Source: Felis catus (taxonomy: Eukaryota). From it: a stretch of 64,000 bases of DNA. This document shows, in pieces, positions 13,465-27,074 of the stretch. Within the stretch, counting starts at the first letter, position 1, and the number at the start of each line of letters is the position of its first letter. A model generated the notes under the pieces. The model was not told where the DNA came from. It was given only the letters and a program-made list of their open reading frames with translations, and did no database searches. Both the position numbers and the translations under genes were made by a program. The stretch is from assembly GCF_018350175.1 (NCBI RefSeq), contig NC_058368.1, positions 78,432,001-78,496,000 of the forward strand. Reading direction: 5' to 3'.

Positions 13465-13601
13465 CCAAATAGGCCCTGCATGGTCATCACAGAACCATGG
13501 TGGTTCTGTGCATGGTGGGGCTTGATCTCACAACTGTGAGATTGTGACCCGAGCGGAAATCAAGAGTCCGACGCTTAACTGACTGAGCCACCCAGGCGCC
13601 C
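13313..13601 (-). mobile_element. Can-SINE with long T-rich tail and (GA)n
   Basis: Antisense SINE ending GACTGAGCCACCCAGGCGCCC. Confidence 0.95.
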
Positions 13602-15532
13602 TCCCAGGCATTTTAAATCAGGCCTAGCTCACGGTCTGCTGTCTTCATGGTTCTTCAATATTCCATTGTTTTAGAACCCCGTAACTTATTTATGCATTCT
13701 ACTGAGAATGGCCCTTTGCATTCCGTGCCCCCCACCCCGTATTTTTTTTTTGTCTTCCTGATTACTGTGTTCTAGAAACTAGACTTCTATAACCTTTCAA
13801 GGATCCAGTTTTCATGGAATTTCCCTATTCCAAGAGTTTCTGTATGCCTATTGTCCTCCAGTTGTCTCTGGAGCCCATTTGTTTCTTGTACTACGTGGCT
13901 AAATGCAGTTTACCTTTTACCCAGATCCACGGGTTTCACCAAACATGTGGTTTCACCAAATGTTTGCATTTCCTGTGACCAACCTGCAGAAGTGTTGCCC
14001 GACTCCCCCCACATCGCTGCAATGCCTGGGCCACATAATTTAGGTTTTTGTTACAGAACCCACCCAGGTCAACCTACCAATTTCTATTTTAGTCAGCATG
14101 TCTGAACTGCTGAGAAAAAAAAGCCCCCAAATCTCAGCTTAACACAACAACGGTTGTGTCTTGCTCCCTCACAGCGTTGGCTCGGCAGCCGGTGGCTGTG
14201 TGACGCCCGCCTCTGAGCTCAGTGGTATGTCCCAGGAGAACAGGAATGACACGGGTAGTAATGACCCTGACATTTTCTGCTGCAAAGTCCTGGGAAATTC
14301 CCTGTGGCGTTTTCCTATTGAATTCCTCTGCCCTTCAACTTTGGAAATGATCGTGCTTCGCTCTGATAATTTATTGCCCTCTTTTTTTTTGGAAATTGCT
14401 ATAAACTGTAGCTCGTGCCTCCTGTAAAGACAGTCTATGTCGCGTCTCTTTTGCTCTCATCATTTTTTCCACTTTCATTTCTTGAATTTGTATGTGCTGC
14501 CCTATTAAAGTTTGCTTTCTTGGTGTTCTTGTTTTTATTTTCTGTTCCTCGAGTTGTCCTCCTGGGCATTTTGTCTTTTGTCTTGGATTTCCCCTGTCGT
14601 ATTAGAGGGGTTCTTAAAATAACTGCTTTCTCTACTGTTCACATCAAAGCAAACGGTGACAAAAGCGCTGAATGGAAACCGTCTTTGTCGGTGGGCTTGT
14701 TCACTAGACAGACTTCAGTCTCTGGTGACTGGAAAAGTGCCAGGACCCTTAAATATGAAAAACGGATCATCTTTATGCTGGGATTCTAAAATCATCTCCT
14801 TTTTCCTTATTCTACCCTCAAAATGTCTTCAGAGAAAAACTGTAGCATTTATCGTTTTGTCTCATTTATGCTTTTGGTGTTATCCCAAGGCACGTGTTCT
14901 GTGTGCCATTTTCAGAGAGAGCCTGTAGACCACATCCCCCCAAATCTGCCTCTTCTCACACCTAAAACCTCTCGTGGGCTCTGTGCAGAAGGTTGGCTGC
15001 CCCCTCTGATCCTGAGACCACTCCACAGGCCACTTCATCATCCGGATCTCCTCTGTCCACTTTCTGCCTTTGGCTACTGGGTCAAATGACTTGTCCTCTG
15101 ATGGCTCATACCTCTATCTCTTCCGCTTAACGTGCCTGTGGATTCCCCCCCCCACCCTTTATTTTAACTTACATCAGATTTGGGAAAAGAGAATATTCTT
15201 AATCTGTCGCTTGAACAGACGTTCCAAGTTGTTACACGTAAATTGATCCAACAGGGGGTACATCTCCTGGTGGCCAACTGAGTGGTGAGACAGAGTGAAG
15301 AGTCAGACGGTTGTAGAACACAAGGCAGAATATTGATTTCATCGGGCTATTCAAGAAAAGTCAGGTGTGCCGACAGTTTTCCACTATCTTTTGGTGTTTT
15401 GAGGGCTCGTTACACAGTCTACTTGAACCGAATGCCAGGAACTTCTCATGTTTTCATAGAGCTCAGGTATTAGTGTCCTTTTAAATGTGTGGTTTGCATT
15501 ACGTTTTATTTGGAGGCTAGTGATAGATGTTC

Positions 15533-15570
15533 TGTGTGTGTGTGTGTGTGTGTGTGGGTGTGTGTGTGTG
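15533..15570. repeat. (TG)n microsatellite
   Basis: TG repeat with one interruption. Confidence 0.95.
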
Positions 15571-15789
15571 TTCTCAGAGCACTATGCCATTTACTTTTGA
15601 TATATTGACTGTATGGAAAAATTCTCAGCTACTCCCAAATCTGAATACTTAAAATATGGTCCATAGTATGAACCGATGGTGGTTTAATATGAATTGTTGC
15701 CAAGTAGCTAATAGGGGTGTTTGCTTAACAAGAGAGCAAATCTTGTTGTGCGTATTCTACGCTGGAGAAGATGTTTTGTGATGAGCTCT

Positions 15790-16010
15790 TCTGGTGAGCA
15801 CTTATTAGATGCCAGATATTTGACTAAGGGTTTCTCATTCGAGGTCTTGTTTAACCCTTTCTTTGTCTTGTAAGGTGAAATGTATGATTAACTCCGATCT
15901 AGATATGGCAAAGTTGAGTGCTAGAGGATTTATTTGCTTGGGATTCCAAGGATGGTAAATAGTAAACACGGGATTTAAGAAGAGGAATTCTGAACCAGAG
16001 TCCACACTGT
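15790..16010 (-). mobile_element. MIR relic
   Basis: GAGCACTTATTAGATGCCAG...CCAAGGATGGTAAATAGTAAACACGGGATTTAAG...TCTGAACCAGAGTCCA. Confidence 0.55.
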
Positions 16011-17159
16011 GCTGTCGTGTGGGCGTTTCTCCAACATCAGTCACTGGGAGCCGCCATTAGGATTTCTGCCACGCCCATTCCATCAAGTGCCATCTTCAAG
16101 GTCTTCAGTTATATTTATGCACCACCGGTTCTGCTGTTTACTTAACACTTGTATTTTGATGCAAGTGTTTTCTATTTGACTTAAATCCATTTATTTTACA
16201 AAGAAACCTTATATCTATCTCTAACCCAAAAGGGAAACGGTCATTGTTTTGTGTTGTTACCAGGGTGACAGTAGAATGATTGAAGGAAAGCCACAGGTAA
16301 TCAAAGGACTAGAATTTTATTTGGCCAACGATGGGAAATTAGTGTATGACGTGAAACAGAAGACAATTCAGCATATTCACAAATGGAGATAAAAATACAG
16401 CTTTACTGGGTCTCACAACTTCCCAGTGCTTGTGAGAATTCTCTTACATGTCAGAAGCTTACTTTTCCCATTCTGAAGTTTTTTTGTTTTTTGTTTTTTT
16501 GTTTTTTAATGCCATCCCGGTTAGAACAAATGATAGCTTGGATCGCTCTCGAGACCCCAATTACATAAGTCTCTGCATGTCGACTACAGGTAACTGGTGC
16601 AAGAAATCCCCAATGTGTTCTCAGGTTTCACTGCAGAGGAATGGCTCTCCCAGCAAACTTCAGTTAATAGATTGGATCCAAGGTCAGTCCCCAGGTGCAG
16701 CATCTCGTGGCAAACCTGAGCTTCAGGGCCACCTGAGGTCCATCCCTGCACAGGCGATGAACTGAAGGTGTCAGATAAAATAGTTATACTCAATTTTAGG
16801 TGGATGCTATCATCAATCAGCACTTTAAGCCTAAATCTGCTCTCTCATCTCTAGAAAGGTAGATTAGTGTTCTAACACATCCTAACATTCAATGTAGACT
16901 TATTCCTTGATATTATCTCAGGATTTTAAAGAGAAGTGAAATTGGAAGAAGAGTTTTCACTTTGTGATGAAGTGATATTGAATGACCCATGGAGGTATCA
17001 CCTAAATTAGTGGGGGCACACCCTGTCTTTCCTGTCTGGGACTTTGGGAACCTCCACTCAGCTGTTACTGCTGCTAAATCAACCAAACTGTTAGCCAGTA
17101 TGGTGAGACGCTCTAGCAAACTATCCAGTTAACCAGTTGGTTACCAAACATTTTCATTT

Positions 17160-18149
17160 TCTAGAAATTTACGTAAAGTTGTTAAGTTGTGTACGTTCTA
17201 TGAGCCTTAACACGTATGTATTTTTGTGTAACCACCACAATCGGGATGCAGAACAATTCCATCACCCCCCAAAATTCCCTCATGATGCTTCTTTGTAGAC
17301 AGATTTCCTCCCCACCCAATTGCCTGGCAACCACTAATCTGTTCTTTCCCTAGAGTTTTTCCTCTACTGGAATGTTGTGGAAATAAAATCATATCAGATG
17401 TCACCTTTTGAGATGGACTTCTTACACGAAGGGTATGCTTTTGAGATTCATCTACCTTTTTGAAGGTAACAGTGGTCCATTCTTTCTTGTTCTGGGATTG
17501 CATAGATGGACCACAGTCTGTCCATTTAGGCCCTGATTAGAGGACATTTGTGCTGTCTTTGTTTTTTGACCACTATGAATAGAAATGTTGTAAACATTCA
17601 TGTACACGTTTTGTGTGAAGCTAATTTTATTCCTAAGATTGGTATTGTTGGTCATAGGACAGGTGTATGTTTGGTCTTAGAAGAGACTGCTGAACTGTAT
17701 TCCAGAGTGGCCGTGACTTTCTGCATCCCCAGAGGGGGTGAGAATCCCAGGTACTTCACATCCTCAGCAGCTTTGGGCATTGTCAATTCTTCACGCACTC
17801 ATCCGTTCATTTGTTGAAAGTTGTAGCAATTCTAATTGATGTGTCATGCTATTTTGTTGTGATTTTAACTAGAGTTTACCTATAGCTAGATATGTTGAAC
17901 ATCTGTACACAGCTTGTATATTCACTGATAAGGCACGTATTCAAATTTTTGCCATTTCTTTTATTGGATTGTTTGTTTTCTTACTGTGGAGTTTAGAGAG
18001 TTCTTTAAATGTTTGGAATGCAAGTCTTTTGTCACATATGTAATTGGCAAATATTTTCTCTTCATCTATTTGTCTTTTCATTTTTTTTAAGTTCACTTAT
18101 TTATTTTGAGAGAGAGAGAGTGCCTGTGAGTTGGGGAGAGGGGCAGAGG

Positions 18150-18193
<44 letters not shown>

Positions 18194-18800
18194 CAGGCTC
18201 CATACCCAGCAAGATCCTGATGTGGGGCTCAATCCCACGATTCTGGGCTCATGACCTGAGCCAAAATCAAGAGTCGGACGCTCAACTGACTGAGCCACTC
18301 AGGCACCCCTCCTTATTTCCTTAACCGTGTCTCTCTCAGAGAAAATATTTTTAATTTTGATGAATTCTAATTTATTTTCCTTTCATCAATTTTACTTTTG
18401 GTGTTGTATTTAAGCATCCCCTGCCTAACACGAGGTCACAAATCTATCTGTTTTCTTCCCAAAGGTGAGTTTTATTTTTTATTTTCATTACGCCATCCGC
18501 TGAATGTTTTTTTTGTAACACGTGAGGTCTATTTTGCAGTTGGTGTTTGTTTGTTCGCATAGCGATACTCAGCTGTTGTATCTCCATTTGTTGAAGAGAT
18601 CATCTTCCCTCCATTGCTTGTCCCCACAGAACTGCTTGCTCTGTGTTCCGTTTCATGGATCTACATGTCTGTTCCTTGGCCAGCACCATACTGTCATGAT
18701 TACAGCAGCCTTACGGTATGAGCTAAAATTGAATAATTTTGCCTATTCCAGTTACTTTGTCTTTTGCAATAAGTGTTAGAATCGGCTTGTCTGTACCTAC
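17160..18800 (-). mobile_element. Old L1 (L1MB/L1MC-like) 3' region, interrupted by a SINE
   Basis: TGTAACCACCACAATC...AACAATTCCATCACCCCCCAAAATTCCCTC...GGCAACCACTAATCTGTT and downstream antisense ORF2-like sequence. Confidence 0.8.
18081..18309 (-). mobile_element. Can-SINE nested in L1
   Basis: Antisense SINE with expanded (GA)n. Confidence 0.95.
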
Positions 18801-20110
18801 AACCTTACCCAAGAACTTAGATCTTCCTTCCTTGTTTGATTTGCGGTGACCTTTCCTCAACACCAACTACCTCACTGTCCTAAGACTCGAACTGGAGAGT
18901 CCAGATCCAATTACTGCCCTGTGTTGGCCTGGGCTATATCTTGTATTGAAAGTTGTCTCATGTTTTTCTAAAAAAAATATCTCAATGACGATTAGCTAGC
19001 CAGTTCTCTCCGAGAAGGAAGAAATTGTCCAAGAGCTGCCCAGTGTTTGACACCCAAGTATTTAAGCTCTTGATTGTTAAATCGGTTTCTTTTCTAAAAA
19101 GGTTTGAAACTATTCATATAAATCAAGTCTTAAATTTACTGTGGATTTTAGTTATCCCGGATATGAATGTTAATTTTAGCAATTGTTAAAGAATAATTTC
19201 TTAATTAATCAATTTATTAAGTGAGAAAGATCAGTATTGAGGGTCTTGTTTTTGTTATTTTGGGGGGTTTGTTTCGTTTTTTGTTTTTGTTATCCTGGGT
19301 TTTCTTTTGTCTTTGTTATTTTTTAAAAGTACCTATTAAAGACACACATTCCCTAGGCGAGTGGATATTTTGACCATAAATTCCATGTTTGTGGGTGTGG
19401 GAGATAGAAGTCAACAACCAATCCAACTTTCGTTAAAGAAATGAAATATGTTTCTCAAATGTAATTTCAATTTTCTAGGTGATGCTTTTATGGGGAGTAG
19501 TTGTCAATGAGTTAAGTCTTACCGTGTTTCAGTTTAAGTACCTGCTCTGTATATTCATAGCACATGCACTAAGGAAAAGAAAGTATCGATTGATAACAAA
19601 AGTTTGAAAATACATTGTATCCACACACTCTAAAGTTGGCTTGGGACAAGTCAGACCTCCATTTGCAGCTAAACACACTGGTGCACCGAAGGCTCTAGGG
19701 TGTTAATGCTCAGTATTTCTGAGATGCTCCACCTTCTAGAACATCCACATCGCAGTTGTCTTACTACTCAAGCTTGGATAAAGTGCTAGGTTTGCTTCAG
19801 AGGAAGAAAAGCCAGCACAGGAATCATTTAAGAAGCACACGGGCTGTGAGACACGGATTTCCTCTGAAACCCAGGGGCTCAGGCAGGGCACTTCCTGGAT
19901 GGAGTTGCTAAGGCTAAGAACAGAGGTGCCCTTTTACATTGCTTGATGGCTTTGTGTCCACAGTAATTAATGGGAAGACAATTTCACTGTGAGTACAGTG
20001 GCTAGATCATAGGAGTCAGAAAATTGGGTATCAAAAGCATCCAGTTTTATTTACTCAATTATCACATCCTCCTCTAAAACCTTTTTCTCCCTTAAAAGCT
20101 TTACCATCTA

Positions 20111-20335
20111 GGGGTGCCTGGGTGGCTCAGTTGGTTAAGTGTCCGACTTCAGCCTTGGTCATGATCTTGCTGTTCCCGAATTTGAGCCCCAAGTCAGGCT
20201 CTGTGCCAACAGCTCAGAGCCTGGAGCCTGCTTCTGATTCTGTGTCTCCCTGTCTCTCTGCTCATGCTCCGTGTCTCCTCTCTCAAAAGTAAGTAAACTC
20301 TAAAAAACAACAGAAAAAATTAAAAAAAAATACAC
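20111..20335 (+). mobile_element. Can-SINE (SINEC_Fc-type)
   Basis: Full SINE; degenerate TSD CTTTTACCATCTA / CTTTTACAGTCTA. Confidence 0.95.
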
Positions 20336-20480
20336 AACTTTTACAGTCTAATACTGCAAAGTGTGTTTTGAGGGTATCTTAAGTAAGTGGTGGCCTATTC
20401 ACTGACTAGAGAACTAGCTTATATTTTAAGAATTTGAAAGGTTTTACATACTTCCATTCAGATTTGTAAACCAGTTAAAT

Positions 20481-20696
20481 CGGGTTTTCTCAACTGTGGC
20501 ACTATTGACATTCTGGATTGTTGGGAGCTGTCCTGTGCACAGTAAGATCTCTAGCATCACCCCTGGTCTTCCCCCACAAGATGCCAGAGGCACTCCCACT
20601 CGCCACCCCCCACCATCATGACCATTGAGAAATGTCCCCAGACATTGCTAGTTGCCCTTGAGGGGTGGGGAGCACATGTGTCCCCAGCTGAGACTG
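20481..20696. mobile_element. MER20 (hAT-Charlie non-autonomous DNA transposon)
   Basis: TTCTCAAC..GGCACTATTGACATT...GCTGTCCTGTGCAC...GATGCCAG...AAATGTCCCCAGACATTGC follows the recalled MER20 consensus end to end. Confidence 0.85.
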
Positions 20697-21444
20697 CATT
20701 AGACAAGAGCAGCATTGCATTGCAACCTATGTTTGTACAGACTTTGTGACTTCGGTTTGGCAGCGAGGTTTGTTACACCAAAGACGAAAAAAATCATGTC
20801 TCAGAAAAATCATGTTAAAATCAGCACATTTATATCAAGTGATGTATTGAAATTTCCCAATGCCGTATCATTTTCCAAATGTTCCAATCTCTCTTTGCAA
20901 GCGTGGATTACATAAAAATCATGTGTTACCCACACGTGCCAAATTTATTTATTTCTGTGATTTATTTTTGCTATAAAATGTATATTTTTCTGCATAGACG
21001 AGTATATTTTTCTGGCTGCTGGTATTTCTATTTCATGCTGATCTCAATGGGCTATTATAGGGCAGCTGTTTGTGGAATCGTATGAAAACATTCAAGTCAT
21101 CTTATTTTAGAATCCCACATCTTCATATTCAGTGGTGTGATTTTATGCAATTCACTTATGAAATGATTCTATTCTGGTTATTTGGAACTCATTTACATCC
21201 CTGTAAGTACCCAGCAGGAAGTCTTTAATCACTGGGATGTGCGACTGGTCTCTTTTACTTTGTTCATCTTCCTACAAGAGACCGGTGACTACGAATCTGA
21301 CTCTATCTCGTTCCCTCTCTATCATGTTGCAGGTGAAGTTACACTGATTTTTGTTAGACCTTAAATGGAGAACGTAACTGTTTGCTTGAGATAGTGACAG
21401 AAAACCTTTCATTCATATTAGAACTAATTAAGTTCTAAGGGCCC

Positions 21445-21775
21445 GATCAACAAACCAACCAACAACGAAAAACAGAATAATAAATATAGAGAACGGTGTG
21501 GAGGGTGGGTGAAATGGGTCAAGGGGATGAAGAGGTCCAACCTCCCAGTTATAAAATAAATAAGTCATGGAGATGGGAGCATAGTGTAAGGGATACAGTC
21601 AGTTATATTGTAATAACACGGTACGGTGACAGATGGTGGTTGCACATCATAGTGAGAGTGTTGCGCAATGTATTGAATTGTAGAATCACACTTGTGCACC
21701 TGAAACTAACATAACATTGTATGTCAACTGTACTTCAATAACAAAAATAAGCAAACAAATAAAAAGTTAAAGAAA
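21445..21775 (+). mobile_element. L1 3'UTR fragment
   Basis: CCAGTTATAAAATAAATAAGTCATGGAGATG...ACCTGAAACTAACATAACATTGTATGTCAACTGTACTTCAAT followed by an A-rich tail. Confidence 0.85.
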
Positions 21776-21830
21776 AGATTCAGGAGTGCGATTGAAATGC
21801 AATGGCATCTGTTGTTCTAGGATCGTTTTT

Positions 21831-22033
21831 GTTTGTTCGTTTATCTATTTGAAAGAAAGAGAGAGTGTGTGCAAGTGGAGGATGGGCAGAGAGAGAGAGA
21901 GGGAGAGTCCCCAGCAGGCTCCGCACCGTCAGCGCAGAGCCCGATGTTGGGCTCGATCTCATGAAGTGAGAGATCGGGACCTGACCCAAAATCAAGTTGG
22001 ACACTTAACGGACTGAGCCACCTAAGGCACTCC
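21831..22033 (-). mobile_element. Can-SINE
   Basis: TSD TCTAGGATCGTTTTT (21816-21830) / TCTATGATCATTTTT (22034-22048). Confidence 0.95.
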
Positions 22034-22055
22034 TCTATGATCATTTTTTATTGGA

Positions 22056-22160
22056 AAGCAATGCCTTGTAAATTATATAGCTTAACATTCTCACTCTTAA
22101 AAATGCCATATAATTTAAGCAATACCATGTAAATTACATATCTTAACATTTTCACTCTTA
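22056..22160. repeat. Imperfect tandem duplication, 44-bp unit at a 61-bp period
   Basis: 22056-22099 versus 22117-22160, 39/44 identical. Confidence 0.9.
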
Positions 22161-25100
22161 GCCTCAGGCAACTCAGCAGTAATAGGAAATATTTTCATAA
22201 TTTCAAAAAGTATGCACTATGGCAGTGCAATTTAAATGTTATTTAAAAATACAAAATTTTAAATCCTTCTTTTTTTCCTTTAAATTGCTTGTGAAAATGG
22301 TATGGGAGAAGTGGTGTTAAAACAAACCACTTTTGTGGAAATCATTGTTAGGAGAATTGTAAATAATATGTTGACCTGCACACTAGCTTTTGTCCTAGGA
22401 GCGTGATCCATCTTTCCTTATCTCAGGGAAGGTGACTTTCACCTTTGTATTTAGACACAGGGACTTGCCAGTGACTGCAAGAAATTGTACTTAAAAGCTC
22501 CAGATTTCTAAAGCAAAACCAAACACGCCCAGGTAAAGAATGTAATTGTAATGCCTCCTTAGCTCAAAAGTCTACCAGTTAATTTCATTGCTACTTTTTG
22601 CCTACAAAGCCCAAGAGAGGAGTCTGTTAGTGGTTGAGGAGGAGACTTGCTGTGAAGAAGCTCCTCAACTTTGCAGCCAGGGGCGCAGAGAAGGTACAGA
22701 ACCACAGGTGGGTTATGAGAAGTGTTTGGGGAAAGCACTACAGACCCAGGGACATAGCTTATGCCTGAAAGTGGGAGGCTTGTGTGTAGGGGGGTGCCCA
22801 CTTTCAAATCCTACAATTGTTGCTGGAACATCCAAAGAGATTAGCAGACTTGAGCAAAACTGGACTAGTTCTCGGGATGAACTCAAACACATTTACATAA
22901 CGTAAGTTCTTTCAGTACTGAGACAAAGCGCCTGCAAATAGATCATTCTCTCGTTTGCCTCTCTGCACTGGCTGGCTGTGGACGAAGACGTTAATTGCCT
23001 TGACCTTGCTCTTTCATATCTGCCCACAGCAGAATTCAGAAATGTCCCAGGAAAGGGGGAATCTATCTTGGCGGTCTGCTGGGCACTGAGCACTGCCTCC
23101 CTCCCCATGAGCTCCTGGCCACGTGTGCCAGCTCTGCACTGCCCCGTGACATTTACTCAGGGAAATGCTCTGGCTGAGGTGGTTCTGCAATCAGTGTAGC
23201 AAATGCAAGCTACATTTTGATTGTGTTTGGCAGCAGGTTGAGGAGGGAGGTCTGGAATGTGGGCTAGTGAAAGGGGCTGGCATCCCTCCTGCACCCCCGG
23301 AACTTGCAGACATTACCAATCAATCACCGCTCCAGCCTTAGTGAGGGTGGGGTTCTTTGATCACACAGCCTCAGGGCAGCCGATTCTTTGCAAATTTATC
23401 AAGCTGGGACTAGAGGTGAAGCCTGTGTGTCATCCTGACTTTAATTCTCTCCAGGCCCCTGACTTGACCATGCTTCTTGGTCTTGACTTTTTCATGTATA
23501 AAATAAAAGGAGACTCATTTTTCAAATTTATCATCATTAGGCTGGCTGGAAGAGGGAATGTGGAATATATAAAATTGAGGCTTCTTCCAACTCATAATGT
23601 AGTCATAAAAACGTACAATATTAGATCGCTTCGGAGGATTCGAGTATTTTAATTGCTTACTACGACTTATCTATGGGAAGATTACATTAATCCAGAGTAT
23701 TATCACTCTTGAAACACATTTATAACAATTCTACTTATAAACCAAAGCTAGATTATTACCCAGAAGTTATTTCCTGGTGCTGATCAGGAATTCTGTCAAT
23801 TAAGGCCAACTAACAATACAGCAATGTCCTTTTTCTCCAGCCTTCCTTTCTAAAAAGTTTCAAGTCTTGGTAATTAACTCTAGCTTCCGATTACACTGTT
23901 TTAGCACTCAGTGTTCACATGAGAGCAATCTGAACAAAATTCACTTAACATAAGGAGCTGCAGCTGTTACAGGAAAATGAGCCGAGGAAGACTCTGATGT
24001 TGGCCCCCTAAGTCCCAGGTATGGTGACTCAAACAGGAAAGAAAGGTTGCAATCAGTTTCCAGTTGTGCAGACCCATTAGCAATTTGATTATGTAAGCTT
24101 CATTCCCTTTAGAAATGGCTAGGCTTTTGCAGGGAGGGGCAGAGATGTACTTAGGACGCATGAGGTCATGATGCCCAAAACTACAGACTCTAGAGACAGC
24201 TGTCTTGGTGCAGGGCACTTGTGTAACCTTGTGTGACCTTGGGAAGCTTTGAGACATCTATGTGCCTTGTTTCCTTCCACATGGGCAAAAAGGAGACAGC
24301 ATCTATCAGCCAGCGTTCTTGCACGGCTAACTGGGGTAACATCCGCACAGTTCTCCCGGCACTGTTTATCAGCTAACAATGGTCCAACAAATTTTAACTG
24401 TTAATATGTGAAATCATGAAAACTGCATCTTCGTTAGAGTTACCATTTTTTATTTATCTTGAAGATTGTCTTGCAGGGCAACAAGCTGCAAACCAACGTA
24501 TTTGTGGCCGTACAAGAACGGATGACAAGAATGTTGCAAATTAAACACAAGAATAAATAATACCTCAAGAACGCCTACGCACATTACCTGCAACACCATT
24601 TGAGGCACTTAAAGTATTAAGATATTTAAGTATCCAAGCTGTTCACAGTGGATGAGAAAAGACGTAGCCCATGAACCTAAACATCTGGTTAGTGACATCG
24701 AAGTAACACAAGACTGCATGATGCGGTCTTTTATCACAACATGGTGGCCAAAGTCATTCAACGGACTGCTCTTGCCACAATTTGGCTTCCGTGATGTCCT
24801 ATGTATGGGGCAAGGGTGATCACTGAAGTACCCAATACCCCATCCAGTTGGTAGAGATTTTTTATGTCAGTTTGAGTTTCAGTGATGTCTGAGTGCTGGA
24901 AGGTGGTACACCAGCAATCCAATGTGTAAGCCCACAGAAAGGGGCACCAGCCCTGGAATTGGGTGACTATACCCAGTTAGCACCTCTTGAAGGATGCTCT
25001 CTGTCTGGGTGACCAGAAAAGCTATCTCTAGTGAAGCTTGATTTCTGCCCCCAGAACTTTTGTTTTAAGCAGGAACAACTTTGGTGGGCAGATAAGTACT

Positions 25101-25717
25101 GCAAAGCTTTTATTGGGCAATCGGAATAATGAAAGTGAACTTGAGCAACATAAATTAAATCAAAATTTCCCCATCAGTTTAATTCATGACCGTATGTCCA
25201 CATACCAGGATATTAGATTACAGTTGTCTTCTTCTTCTTTTTAACTTGGATATTAAGAGTAAACTATATCATGCATTAAATTGGTGTTTTACAATCGAAA
25301 ACTTTGGGTTTTTAGAAAAGGCTATTCAATTCAAACTAGTTTATATAGGACATTGGTTTTGTTTAAATTAATGAAATCCTTATATGTGTTTTTAACATAA
25401 TGTAAAACCATACATAATAAACCTAATGTGTCAGGATATCATAATCAATCATTGAAAATGAATATAAATATAACATGTACTCTTTTAAAAACATGGTAAA
25501 TAATTCTTCACAGGGTGTATCTAAGTGGAAAACAATTTTTGCTGAATTTTGTATTTATATGAGAATAATTTCATATAGACTTAAAATTATTGGTGAGTGT
25601 TATTTGTAAAAATGAATTAATTTCTTTCGAGGAGAGTGGTATACATATATCATTGAAAGATGTCTGGTTGACAAGACTCTGTGATATCTTGTGTAATGGA
25701 AGAATTTACTTATTAAA

Positions 25718-25916
25718 GATTATTTTCTTATTTTGAGAGAGAGAGAGAGAGAGCACAAGTTGAGGAGGACAGACAGAGGGAGAGAAAGAACCTCAAAGAG
25801 GCCCCACACTGTCAGGGCAGAGCCCAACGTAGGGTTCAAACCCACAAACTGTAAGATCATGGCCTGAGCTGAAATAAAAGTTGGACGCTTAACCAACTGA
25901 GCCACCCAGGCATCCC
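25718..25916 (-). mobile_element. Can-SINE
   Basis: TSD AGAATTTACTTATTAAA / AGAATTTAATTATTAAA. Confidence 0.95.
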
Positions 25917-25954
25917 TCGAGAATTTAATTATTAAATGTACACACTATATCCCT

Positions 25955-25957
<3 letters not shown>

Positions 25958-25992
<35 letters not shown>
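25958..25992. repeat. (CA)n microsatellite
   Basis: Uninterrupted CA run. Confidence 0.95.
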
Positions 25993-25996
<4 letters not shown>

Positions 25997-27074
25997 CACA
26001 GGATTTTAGGTGTTTTGAAGGAAGGAAAAAATTCTTATTGTATTTTCTGCATTAAGTAAGTCAACTTCATATGTTTTTGATATTATTTGGAATTAAATGA
26101 AAAGTATTCACTTCTTAGAGAGGTTAAATAAAATCCTTCATGTCAATGTAGTGAATGATGCTTGACATAATTTGGTGTTCAGTAAAGTGTGATGTTTCTA
26201 TTTTAGTTTACAAATGGCAACCAAATCCCAGCTCCACAAGATTTCATGGTAAGCTAAGTTCAGCAAGTGAAATTAAAATAGAGGCATCATGAGCATAAAA
26301 TGTGAACTTCATGAATGTGCAAGAGAATTGAAATGAAGCCTTGGATCCCACGGGAGGTTCTGGGTGTGTTAAGATTTGGGATAGAGCTTGTCACAGAGTA
26401 TCAGTTGACATTATGAACATCATCACCACCCTCATCATCTCTGCCCTTGTCTGGTCTATAACCACTCTCAGCTTACCAACAAATACCTATGATCAACTAA
26501 AAACCGTTCATCACCGTTGAGAACTGAGGCCCAGTGTCAACTCAATGACAGAATATGGGAAGAAGTCATTCTATCAATAAGGTGGGTGTGGAGGGTTGAG
26601 GGCAACCTAGTCAGCTCATGAAAGATCTTGCTTTCTCTTCAGAAAACAGACAACACCTGAGAAAAGGAAAGACAATATTTTCTGTCAGTTGTGACATCTT
26701 GCCTGTGATTCAGAGACCTGGCGAGGAAATAACTCAGGATTGGCAATGGTGTGAGTGACACTGTGTTACGAAACAAACGTACACGACCCAGGGCCAAGCT
26801 GGCAGTGGTGTGGTGCATTCTGAGGGATACAGAACCCCAAAAGAAACAATACCCAGAATAGGTAGATGGGCACAAGCCTGGTACCAGAGGCAGCTATAAA
26901 TCTCAGCTCCCTTGTGCTCAGATCTCTTCCCTTCACGGAAGGTGGTGGGTGGAGGCTGGGGGGCTGCCTTGGCTGTGTGGCTGGGGGAGCTAGAAGACAC
27001 TGATAGAGGAAATTAGCCTACTGCATGTTGGACCTGGGAATTGGAGTAGGGTGCTTGCATCTCCATCTGGTTTT

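Noticed and set aside
22056..22160. Repeat-spacer-repeat pattern suggestive of CRISPR
   Set aside because: Only two degenerate copies, the spacer is related to the repeat, the context is mammalian and there are no cas genes
24477..24560. TTGCAG acceptor followed by the short frame GNKLQTNVFVAVQERMTRMLQIKHKNK-stop
   Set aside because: No recognisable homology, no upstream partner exon, and a competing AG just upstream
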